A DNA stretch of 43,920 nt from a virus: positions 1 to 43,920 of IMG/VR virus record IMGVR_UViG_3300031669_000066. One strand, written 5' to 3'. Positions 33,693 to 41,482 of the stretch are shown piece after piece; position 1 is the stretch's first letter, and every line of letters starts with the position of its first letter. A model generated the notes under the pieces. That model did not search any database and was not told the DNA's origin. It worked only from the letters and a program-made list of their open reading frames with translations. The position numbers and the translations under genes are program-made.

Positions 33693-35078
33693 TCAAGCTC
33701 CTTTCCCTAGCATGTTGAGGAGTTCGCTGCCGAGGTTTGCGCCTTGTTGCTGGATTGCGGCGGTTTCCACGTCAAGGTTCTGAGCACGCTTGAGGCAGAT
33801 ACCGTAGGATCCTGGATTCATTTCGATTGCGACTGCTTTGCATTGGAAGCGGTGTGCAGCGGGGAGGATGGTACCCGTGCCTGCGAAGGAGTCCAGTACC
33901 GTATCTCCTGGACGGACGCTTCTTTGGAGGAGATTCTCAAAGAGGGCAACTGGTTTCTGCGCGCCATGCTGAAGTCCGGAGTCCGCTGTTGTAGTAATAA
34001 CGTCAGAGTAAATGGCGGTGGTTTTCTTGTGCCCCTTGATTGCGTAGAGTAATACTTCATACTGCCTCCGGGGGCCTTCGTCGGGTAAGGGCACTCGGCC
34101 AGAGCCGGGCTTAGTGCAGATAAACGGAGTACGGAAAACGTACCAGCCAGCGGCCTTCATCATCTGACCGAGTTCATGGAAGTTCGCAATATCGCAGAAA
34201 ACGTAGGCATGAGCTTGGGACTTGGCAACCTTGAAGGCCAATGGGCACCATTGCAGCATAAGAGCTTTCCAGCTCTCGTAGTCATCTTTGTACTGGTGAG
34301 TGTTGTTAGCTAACCTGCCACCTCCACCATCCCCGAAGGAATCTGCCCCCATACCATACGGAGGGTCGGTAAGAATTACATCAAACTGCTCGGGATCAGC
34401 GGCATTCATCCAACTGAGGCAATCGGTGTTGTGGACTTGGTGGATGCTGGAGTTGAAGGTCTTGCCTACTGTCTTGGCCAGCTCTACATTCTTCTGGGCA
34501 ATTTCCTGCCGCTTGAGGATCTTGAACGCCTCGTCAGAGGTCTTTGCTTTTGCGATCTCTGGATTGTCAAGGTGCCGGGAGACGATGATATCCTTGCGGA
34601 GGTTTTCTTGGAAAGAGCCATTGCTGCGGCCTTTGAGTTCCATTGCGGTGTCTGCAACGGTATGGATGCGGCCTTCAGCTTGAGCCTGTGCGCTGCGAAT
34701 CCGGTGGAGTTTGGCTTTAGCTGCTGCGGACTCCTGCCATGTAAGGTCTTTGCGGTGCAGGTTTTCTTCCAGCTCCGCTTCTTCGGCATCCAATGGAGAG
34801 AGTTGCCCCAGGGTGACGTAAGGGATCATGCCTTCAGGTACAAGCTCGTCGTTGTACTTGAAAACACCCCCGAGCATCCAAAGATCAGTGATAGCCCGTA
34901 ACCGGCGTTCCCCCGCGACAAGGGTGAGGGTTTTGTCCTCTTCTTCTCGGACTACAATGGCATGAAGCAATCCCTTGGTTTTGATAGTCTCCACCAGCTC
35001 CATGATGGCGACAGGGTCAAATTCCTTGCGCTGGCGATCGGCGCCAATATTGATCTTATTTATATCAATGAGTTGCAT
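33693..35078 (-). CDS. ParB-like nuclease domain fused to an N6-adenine/N4-cytosine DNA methyltransferase
   Basis: N-terminal ParB-N-like LVAGERRLRA; MTase motif IV ILTDPPYGMG followed by motif I VLDSFAGTGT (beta-class order). Confidence 0.8.
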   Translation of the reverse strand: MQLIDINKINIGADRQRKEFDPVAIMELVETIKTKGLLHAIVVREEEDKTLTLVAGERRLRAITDLWMLGGVFKYNDELVPEGMIPYVTLGQLSPLDAEEAELEENLHRKDLTWQESAAAKAKLHRIRSAQAQAEGRIHTVADTAMELKGRSNGSFQENLRKDIIVSRHLDNPEIAKAKTSDEAFKILKRQEIAQKNVELAKTVGKTFNSSIHQVHNTDCLSWMNAADPEQFDVILTDPPYGMGADSFGDGGGGRLANNTHQYKDDYESWKALMLQWCPLAFKVAKSQAHAYVFCDIANFHELGQMMKAAGWYVFRTPFICTKPGSGRVPLPDEGPRRQYEVLLYAIKGHKKTTAIYSDVITTTADSGLQHGAQKPVALFENLLQRSVRPGDTVLDSFAGTGTILPAAHRFQCKAVAIEMNPGSYGICLKRAQNLDVETAAIQQQGANLGSELLNMLGKGA

Positions 35079-35169
35079 TCTGGTTTCCCATGTAAAGAAT
35101 GAAAATGAAAAAAGCCAGCTCGGTTAAGGAGCTGGCCTGTCTAGGAGGTGGGAAGCTCAGGCCAGTGGG

Positions 35170-35616
35170 TTAGGCTTTTGCAACACCGCGAACTTCGGCG
35201 TAGGTATTTTCACCATCAATGCGGTGCTTCACTACGATCTTGGCGCTCATACCAGGGAGCATGGAGAAGGAGAAGGCTTCCTTGGGATCGTTCTTGCCGA
35301 TGGCTTCACGGAGACGGCCCAGGCCAACATTCTTGCCTGCGGAAGTATCGATGCCGCCGGCTGCGGTGAGGTCGAGCATAATACCTTGGCGAACGGTAAC
35401 AGTATCACGACCGAGGGCAGCTTTGACATCCGGGTCTTCCACGAACCAGGTTACATCCAGAGACACTCCGGACTTTGTGCCATCTTTAGACTGCCACTGA
35501 CGGGCGTCAACTTTATCAATGATGCCGAAGAACTCGCCTTCAGGGACTGGGATAACGACGGTATCGTTTGCGCCTTGGACTGATGCTTGGAGGAAGGTAT
35601 CAGGATTGAATGACAT
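35170..35616 (-). CDS. Putative ssDNA-binding protein (DUF669-like, partner of AAA_24 ATPases)
   Basis: Size, beta-rich composition and synteny next to the Sak4/AAA_24-like ATPase; assignment by context. Confidence 0.45.
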   Translation of the reverse strand: MSFNPDTFLQASVQGANDTVVIPVPEGEFFGIIDKVDARQWQSKDGTKSGVSLDVTWFVEDPDVKAALGRDTVTVRQGIMLDLTAAGGIDTSAGKNVGLGRLREAIGKNDPKEAFSFSMLPGMSAKIVVKHRIDGENTYAEVRGVAKA

Positions 35617-35642
35617 ACGAAAGGTTCCTTACTGTAGTGGGT

Positions 35643-35667
35643 AAACTCTCCGAACACCGGAGAGTTT
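35643..35667 (-). promoter_or_regulatory. 10-bp stem hairpin in the leader of the SSB-like gene (AAACTCTCCG-ggtgtt... CGGAGAGTTT)
   Basis: aaactctccg aacac cggagagttt read directly; 27 nt upstream of the ATG at 35616. Confidence 0.5.
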
Positions 35668-35715
35668 GAGTAGATTGTCACATGAGGGGTCAGTGTGCAA
35701 AGGGTTTTTTAACAG

Positions 35716-35755
35716 TTATTTGCGTGTATTACTCCGGAGTAATACGAGCTAGTTT
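35716..35755. repeat. Palindrome family copy 10 (core TTACTCCGGAGTAA 35729..35742)
   Basis: Starts 6 nt after the ATPase stop codon; shares the upstream tttaacagttatttgc context with copy 12. Confidence 0.95.
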
Positions 35756-35760
35756 GGGCT

Positions 35761-36630
35761 CTATGCCAACTTCCCTCCCCGGCTCTGCCATTTCTTAATG
35801 ATCGCACCATAATCTGCCGGAAGCCCGGCCGCAATCGGCAGATTCCGTGTTTTCACATCCGCCATTGCACTGCCAGTGTCCCAGGTAAATTTCCCCCCTT
35901 CCCGTACGGTCAGGATCACATCACTGAACATCGGAGGGAGCTTCGGGGCCAGTGCCTTGCCCAACGCACTCACCATCAACTTCACTCCTCCAAGCACCGA
36001 ATCAGTCTCCCGATCAACGTGTGCAATCAGTATGAAGTGGCAACGGCAGTTCTCAGAAAGCATTAGGACGATCTTCTCCACCTGATCCTGCGCAATGCCC
36101 CAATCGGACTGGTTTCGGACTGGCTTGCCCCCTACCACAAGAGACATTGCAGCGCGCGAAAGCCCACTGAGGGAATCCACCACCAGTGCCCTTGCGGGAG
36201 TCCATGTATCTACGCAGCCGTAGGTCTCGCCTGTACGATCATCGTGGAAGTCATTGAGTGCCTCAATGAACTTCAGAAATTGATTGTACTTGCTCCGATT
36301 AGGGTCAGCCATTTTTGCCAGGGAATCCAGTGCGAGGGTATTGACCTTTGTAGCACTTGAGAGTAAGTCGGAGAAGCTCGCCTTTGGAGCCTCCAGATGG
36401 TGCCAGTGGAGATTTTCTGGGATTGGTTTACCCTTGTCGGTGAAGTAACCCAGGAGGGATTCAATCCCAGGCTCAAGCCCGAGGTAAAACACCTCAACCC
36501 CTGCATCCACCAGCGTACCAATTGCAGTGGTCTTGCCGGTACCTGCTGGCCCCATTGTCAGCACGTTCACTCCAGGTAGGAGAGATTTCTCAGGTAAGGT
36601 CGAAGTCATCGGAGTTTGCTCTGTAGTCAT
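35761..36630 (-). CDS. RecA-like AAA ATPase (AAA_24 / Sak4-like)
   Basis: Walker A GPAGTGKTT, Walker B-like ALVVDSLS; size and synteny. Confidence 0.7.
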   Translation of the reverse strand: MTTEQTPMTSTLPEKSLLPGVNVLTMGPAGTGKTTAIGTLVDAGVEVFYLGLEPGIESLLGYFTDKGKPIPENLHWHHLEAPKASFSDLLSSATKVNTLALDSLAKMADPNRSKYNQFLKFIEALNDFHDDRTGETYGCVDTWTPARALVVDSLSGLSRAAMSLVVGGKPVRNQSDWGIAQDQVEKIVLMLSENCRCHFILIAHVDRETDSVLGGVKLMVSALGKALAPKLPPMFSDVILTVREGGKFTWDTGSAMADVKTRNLPIAAGLPADYGAIIKKWQSRGGKLA

Positions 36631-36964
36631 AATTTTGCCCTTGTTCGAAGTAATCTAAATGGCGTTGGAGTTCCCATTCCAGAAGTGGCTCTGGCAATGG
36701 GGAAGGAAAAATCCTGCTGGAAGGGAAGTAGGTTGACCCAGCGATTGCGAATGGTCTGCTAGGATGCTTCCTGCAAGGTTGGGTTAAGACTGCCCATTCC
36801 TGCATATCACCTTCGATAGGGAACCGTGCCCAGATCTCTGCGCAGTAGGGGCAAAAATATGCCAAAGAGCGCGGAGAGTAGAAGCCAATGTCAGTTGACT
36901 TCTTGAGCGGGATAGTGGCAGAGCCAAGGTGGTTTCCTTCGATGATGTAGTGCTGGATGGGCAT
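36590..36964 (-). CDS. Hypothetical protein (124 aa, CPYC...C Cys motif)
   Basis: Long ORF in the replication operon; no family recognised. Confidence 0.6.
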   Translation of the reverse strand: MPIQHYIIEGNHLGSATIPLKKSTDIGFYSPRSLAYFCPYCAEIWARFPIEGDMQEWAVLTQPCRKHPSRPFAIAGSTYFPSSRIFPSPLPEPLLEWELQRHLDYFEQGQNYDYRANSDDFDLT

Positions 36965-36970
36965 GGTTGG

Positions 36971-38008
36971 TTACTTCTTCATCATTTGTTGCAGTTCATT
37001 GTTCATTTCATCAGATACCAGCAGCTCTCCTGCTGCTCCTGCCGCCTCTGGCGCACCCGCTTCCCGCACATGCCCCCATGCAGCTTCGTACTCCGCCACG
37101 GTAACTTCCTTCCGTTCCAGTGGATCCCAGACCCGTTGCTGAAAATTCACCGGTAGCCAGTTCTCTGGGGTGGAGGACTTGCACACTTGCACCAGTGGGC
37201 ACCCACCGTAGTCTGTGCAGGAGCCGTCTAAGTTATAATCCCAGTATCCTTCTTCCCACATCTTCTTCATCCGTTCAATGTCACGGACTGTCTGATCATG
37301 CCAGCGTTCAATCTCATATGGGCTGCGATTGGTACTAATCTCAAGCGTGTCGTACTTGGTCTTAAGAATTGACACCCCACGGATCAGTGCCCCATTGGCC
37401 TTAACTCCGTGCTGCGCGAGTGCCCAGATATAGCCGGTAAACTGTGAGCGCATTTCCCACTGCCGACCCCAAGAGGCTCCGAGGGATGAAGTGGTCTTAT
37501 CGTCGTAGACATAAATTCCACCAAGGCGGTGTGCAACCATATCTGACCGACCCGTGTAGAGAATGGGGCTGCCTAAGGTAGGATGGGCAACGGGGAGCGG
37601 TTCTGCGAAGCTGAACTCGATACCTCTACCCCCTCCTGGAAGGGTGATTGGTTCCGCACCGTCAGCGCCTAATGGATAGTTGGCGAAGTAGAATTCCAGC
37701 GCGCCGCACATCCTCTCAAGCGATTTGGCGGAATCAGATGGGCACTGGAACTCGCCGTATTCCTTAATGAGCTTGACCATGCCAGCGCCTTCTGCATCTT
37801 CTTGGCCCATACCGTTGATGTAGAAAGCTTCTCGGGAAGCTTCCAGGCCGGAAGCGAATGCCTTTCCTGCTACGAGGTGTACAGATTCGGACTTGGGCTT
37901 CCAATGTTCAATATACTGCCGGAATGCTTTTTGGGGGCAAGCGCGGAAAGTGCTAAGGATGGTGCTGTCGATGGTTGGAGGGAATAAGGGGCGAATTGCT
38001 GCCGTCAT
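36971..38008 (-). CDS. PD-(D/E)XK exonuclease with Cas4-like Cys cluster
   Basis: GRSDMVAH...IYVYDDKTT (D...DxK), N-terminal Cys (FRACPQK) plus C-terminal CTDYGGCPLVQVC. Confidence 0.75.
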   Translation of the reverse strand: MTAAIRPLFPPTIDSTILSTFRACPQKAFRQYIEHWKPKSESVHLVAGKAFASGLEASREAFYINGMGQEDAEGAGMVKLIKEYGEFQCPSDSAKSLERMCGALEFYFANYPLGADGAEPITLPGGGRGIEFSFAEPLPVAHPTLGSPILYTGRSDMVAHRLGGIYVYDDKTTSSLGASWGRQWEMRSQFTGYIWALAQHGVKANGALIRGVSILKTKYDTLEISTNRSPYEIERWHDQTVRDIERMKKMWEEGYWDYNLDGSCTDYGGCPLVQVCKSSTPENWLPVNFQQRVWDPLERKEVTVAEYEAAWGHVREAGAPEAAGAAGELLVSDEMNNELQQMMKK

Positions 38009-38038
38009 TGGGTATACCTCTATTGCTTAAGATTGTGG

Positions 38039-38314
38039 TTACAGTTCCGAAGGCAGTGAGGGATATCCTGCACTTTCCAATAACAGCGTTGAATGCACTG
38101 CCTCTTCAATGGCCGAACTGGTATCTCCGGCATTGCGTCGTGCCGTCACGGAAGCCTCCTCCCGAACCAACTTGAAAACGGCGCTCATAGTCTTCGCTGA
38201 AAGTACAAGTTCTTGCTTACCTCCTTCTCCTTCCAGGACAATTTTTCCTTTAAAGCTTCCGGCATCTGTTTCGTATGAAGCACGGCGCACAATTTCAATC
38301 CCAATAACTTTCAT
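38039..38314 (-). CDS. Hypothetical protein (91 aa)
   Basis: ORF with good spacing in the operon. Confidence 0.55.
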   Translation of the reverse strand: MKVIGIEIVRRASYETDAGSFKGKIVLEGEGGKQELVLSAKTMSAVFKLVREEASVTARRNAGDTSSAIEEAVHSTLLLESAGYPSLPSEL

Positions 38315-38338
38315 AACTATTACCTCTGATAAAAACTA

Positions 38339-38563
38339 TTACAAACCTTCCAACTCATCAAGCAGTGCTCCAGTATCTACTGGTGCCGCTGCCACCTTTG
38401 CCGCCGATTTCGTTGCGCGGCTCCCTTCACTGCGAGTGTTCGCAAAAAGACGTTCTTTGCGGATCGCGTCAATTGCAAGCCGCATCTCAGCCGGAGTAAG
38501 GGTACCTTCCGCCGCTTTCTGGCGCCAGATCTGGACGCTGTGGGTTACTACTTCGCTTGTCAT
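38339..38563 (-). CDS. 74-aa protein homologous to the C-terminal module of the 3728 and 41483 paralogs
   Basis: TLTPAEMRLAIDAIRKERL...VDTGALLDELEGL versus KTPAQKLALRGAPGISAIISRIE...VDTAALLGELE; starts 18 nt after palindrome copy 11. Confidence 0.6.
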   Translation of the reverse strand: MTSEVVTHSVQIWRQKAAEGTLTPAEMRLAIDAIRKERLFANTRSEGSRATKSAAKVAAAPVDTGALLDELEGL

Positions 38564-38581
38564 GATTACTGTGTCCTGTCG

Positions 38582-38621
38582 TTAGTTGCCCGTATTACTC
38601 TAGAGTAATACACGCAAATTA
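38582..38621. repeat. Palindrome family copy 11 (core TTACTCTAGAGTAA 38595..38608)
   Basis: Between the helicase stop (38650) and the 74-aa gene start (38563). Confidence 0.95.
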
Positions 38622-38649
38622 CCCCTCAAAGCCTCAGATTGCAACACCC

Positions 38650-39945
38650 CTACGCCAAGTATAATTGCTTTCTTGGCCTCGTGGTTGCTACATACAGGCA
38701 TTGAAAAGCCTCCTTTCGATTCCGATTGAGCAGCACATCCTGATAATCCACCCATACCCGTTCATAGGTACTGCCCTGACTCCGGTGTGCTGTAATTGCA
38801 TAGGCATACTTGATGTCGTGGAAGAGTTCTTTCAAGTCCCAGAACTTCTTCCAGACTCGACCATCAGCCTTGGCTTCGTGTGCGAGAATGTTGCAGTCGT
38901 TGTCGAATTGCTGCTGCGAATCAGGGTGGAGTACGAGCAATCGCAGTACACGGTTGCCTTCATCCCGTACCTTGAGTTCAAAGGCCTTGTACTTTGGTGC
39001 AAGAGGATGCGGGCAGATTGCTACCCCTTCCACAATGGCCTCTTCGTCTGTAGTGAGGAGAGCTTCATCCCCTCGCATGCAAGGTGCAGCGGCCACAATC
39101 CGATCACCTACGAGGTATTCCCCTGGGATAGCAGCGGCACCAAAGATTGCACTGCGGATTAGTTGGTTGTACTCAGCGGTTTTGACATTCCGCCATGCAA
39201 TAACCTTGCCATGGGAGCCATCCGCAAAGGCCCCATCTTCAGCTGCGATGTAGATTGATTGCAGGAACTGCGCCTTCGACATTTTCCAGATTCCCTCGAT
39301 GCCATCGTTTGCATTCTTGAGCTTGATGCAGGGTGCCGGACTGTCGATAACCTCCCGCAGTTCATTGGCGAGGTCAAGAATCTGGTTGTCAAATCGCATT
39401 ACCGTCTCCAGGTTAACTCCGAGAACCCCCTGCGCCCAGACAGGAGAGACTGCTTCCTTTACCGGAGGCAGCTGGCAACGATCTCCGATGAATACAACCT
39501 TAAGCTGGTGTTTTTCAGCTGAAGCCTTGAGCAACCCATAGAGATTACTGTTAATCATGCCAGCTTCGTCCACGAAAATTGCATCGTAGTCTGCGAGGTC
39601 AACAGGGGGTTTACCCTGGGTGATGGTTTTTAGTTCCCCATTCTTATCAATGCGTAAGCCGAGGAAGCTGTAGATGGTCATTGCCTCTTCGACGACCTTG
39701 CGAAGTTCCTTTGCGGCCTTGTTTGTTGGTGCGGTAAAGGCATACTTGGCATGACTTTTGCGCACCCTTGCGAGGACTTCTTGAAGGCAGTAGGTTTTAC
39801 CCGTACCTGCTGAGCCTGACAAGGTGAAGTTCCAGTCCTCTGGGTCGGGAGATTGCAGAAACTCAACAAGAGCATTGACTGCCTCTGTTTGCTCTTCGGA
39901 AAGTTGGAATGGCGTGTGGCCCTTGGCCGCAGTCATATTGGTCAT
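38650..39945 (-). CDS. SF1B helicase (Dda/RecD-like)
   Basis: Walker A GSAGTGKTY, Walker B IFVDEAGMI, motif III FIGDRCQLPPV, C-terminal AITAHRSQGSTY. Confidence 0.85.
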   Translation of the reverse strand: MTNMTAAKGHTPFQLSEEQTEAVNALVEFLQSPDPEDWNFTLSGSAGTGKTYCLQEVLARVRKSHAKYAFTAPTNKAAKELRKVVEEAMTIYSFLGLRIDKNGELKTITQGKPPVDLADYDAIFVDEAGMINSNLYGLLKASAEKHQLKVVFIGDRCQLPPVKEAVSPVWAQGVLGVNLETVMRFDNQILDLANELREVIDSPAPCIKLKNANDGIEGIWKMSKAQFLQSIYIAAEDGAFADGSHGKVIAWRNVKTAEYNQLIRSAIFGAAAIPGEYLVGDRIVAAAPCMRGDEALLTTDEEAIVEGVAICPHPLAPKYKAFELKVRDEGNRVLRLLVLHPDSQQQFDNDCNILAHEAKADGRVWKKFWDLKELFHDIKYAYAITAHRSQGSTYERVWVDYQDVLLNRNRKEAFQCLYVATTRPRKQLYLA

Positions 39946-39975
39946 AATGGATTTCCTGTAAGAGCCGCGCTCTTG

Positions 39976-40266
39976 TTAGAACTTTAGGGGATGGTTAAGA
40001 ATGACGCAGGACATAACTACTGCACATGTTGAATACCCACGGAAGAAGGCATTGGCAACGGGTAAGAAATCTTCTATGGTTGATGCAGCAACCTGTGTCG
40101 TCATTGTAGTTGTTTCTACGACTGCAAAGATCCCCTCTTTATGGATAACAGCGAACTGTGCTGGAACAATAGGGTTTACGTGCCCACGTGATAAAGATCT
40201 TGAGGACTTCTCAATCGTTTGATTCAGGTCTTCTGTAAACTCGCGTAATTCTGAGAGATTATCCAT
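39976..40266 (-). CDS. Hypothetical protein (96 aa from MDNLSEL...)
   Basis: Track ORF 39976..40347 trimmed to the ATG at 40266 with SD-like GAAGGGGAAG upstream. Confidence 0.5.
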   Translation of the reverse strand: MDNLSELREFTEDLNQTIEKSSRSLSRGHVNPIVPAQFAVIHKEGIFAVVETTTMTTQVAASTIEDFLPVANAFFRGYSTCAVVMSCVILNHPLKF

Positions 40267-40462
40267 TGGAGGCTTCCCCTTCTGGTTGCGGTTTCGGCTC
40301 AAAGTACTCCCGGAGAAGCTTGGTGAAGAATACCTGCTGCGCACCAAAGGGGATCTTCCCTTCCAGCTCCGAGTAGAGTTCTTTGTCCATCAGTTCGCAG
40401 AGATCAGCTGGAATTGAGATATTCCGGCTAACACTCTTGATGGTATTCTTAGGTCTGGCCAT
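40259..40462 (-). CDS. Ribbon-helix-helix (Arc/CopG-like) DNA-binding protein
   Basis: N-terminal basic arm plus beta-strand KSVSRNISIPADLCELMDK followed by two helices; 67 aa. Confidence 0.55.
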   Translation of the reverse strand: MARPKNTIKSVSRNISIPADLCELMDKELYSELEGKIPFGAQQVFFTKLLREYFEPKPQPEGEASNG

Positions 40463-40668
40463 TACAAATCTCCTGTGATAGTGAGTAGGTCAAAGATGAA
40501 GTCCGGCTCCATGCCGAGTTCTTCCAGGGTGTATTCAGGATGTGGGCTTTCATCCGCAATTTCCCGAATATAGTTTATAGCTTCGTCTGCTGTCAGAGCT
40601 TCTCGATACATGATACCCTGCACCAGAGGTAGTTGATAGAGAAGATGGTTTTTGAGGTTATCTGACAT
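40462..40668 (-). CDS. Small acidic protein (68 aa from MSDNLKNH...)
   Basis: Track ORF 40462..40746 begins with TTG and no SD, so the ATG at 40668 is preferred; TAATG overlap with the RHH gene. Confidence 0.5.
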   Translation of the reverse strand: MSDNLKNHLLYQLPLVQGIMYREALTADEAINYIREIADESPHPEYTLEELGMEPDFIFDLLTITGDL

Positions 40669-40774
40669 AATCACATCCAGAGGTAGTTGAAGAAAAGAAC
40701 GTAAGAGAAAAGTATCCCAATGAGCAGCCCCCGAAGGACTATGCAAAGGAGCACAGCGGGCAGGTCTTGGAGCA

Positions 40775-41263
40775 TTACTGCTGGAATCCTAAGGAGGGGA
40801 GACAGTGTGCGCAGTGTTTGACTTGGACGAAAGTCGTCTCCACACTGTGCGGGAGGTCTTTGTAGGGGTCTGGTGAAGATACCCGAGTCCAGCGAAGAAT
40901 CCCTTGCGTCCGATGCTTGGTATGGTGGAAGAATCCTTCGAGGACTTTATGAACTGCGCCACAAGAGCAGGTTACTTCATTCACCTTGGCTTCAATACGG
41001 ATGGAGGTGTAACTCTGCTCCAGCTCCATTGCAGTAACCTCTCGCTGGAGCATTTCCGCCAGCTCCGGATCATCCTGGGTTCTGGCGAGTTCGATGCGCT
41101 TATTCCGAAGCTTGTGCTTCTTCGCAGCTTCCAGCTCAATGTCTGCAAGGAGCATATCAAGATCGCTGAAGTCCATCTCTTCAGCAGTAAGAGGGAGAGA
41201 GAAATCATAAACTGGAGAGTTGGAACCATTGCTTGCTGTAGTCATCATCGTAAATTCCTGCAT
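40775..41263 (-). CDS. Hypothetical protein (162 aa) with CSCG...HCAHC Cys/His motifs
   Basis: First gene after the 41310..41338 promoter; acidic N-terminal half, zinc-binding-like C-terminal half. Confidence 0.65.
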   Translation of the reverse strand: MQEFTMMTTASNGSNSPVYDFSLPLTAEEMDFSDLDMLLADIELEAAKKHKLRNKRIELARTQDDPELAEMLQREVTAMELEQSYTSIRIEAKVNEVTCSCGAVHKVLEGFFHHTKHRTQGILRWTRVSSPDPYKDLPHSVETTFVQVKHCAHCLPSLGFQQ

Positions 41264-41309
41264 AATTTAGTCAGTGAGCGAAAAGGCGAGATTGCCAATT
41301 CGTGAGAAG

Positions 41310-41338
41310 AGTATAACGCAAACTCGCGCGAATTACAA
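41310..41338 (-). promoter_or_regulatory. Sigma70-type promoter TTGTAA-N17-TATACT
   Basis: Minus strand ctaTTGTAAttcgcgcgagtttgcgtTATACTc; -35 at 41338..41333, -10 at 41315..41310; about 25 nt beyond palindrome copy 12. Confidence 0.6.
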
Positions 41339-41362
41339 TAGACTGAGAGGGGGGATTTTAAC

Positions 41363-41406
41363 AGTTATTTGCCTCTATTACTCCGGAGTAATAGAGGCAA
41401 ATAACT
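41363..41406. repeat. Palindrome family copy 12, a perfect 44-bp palindrome (core 41378..41391)
   Basis: agttatttgcctctattactcc|ggagtaatagaggcaaataact, every position complementary. Confidence 0.97.
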
Positions 41407-41419
41407 ATCTCGGGGCAGT

Positions 41420-41454
41420 AAAAAACCCCCAGAGCGATGCAGGCGCCTTGGGGG
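41420..41454 (-). terminator. Rho-independent terminator after the 41483..42082 gene
   Basis: Minus strand CCCCCAaGGCG-cctgcat-CGCtcTGGGGG followed by TTTTTT; 29 nt after the stop. Confidence 0.7.
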
Positions 41455-41482
41455 TTGAAAGTGCTATCGGAGAGCGGCAGGA

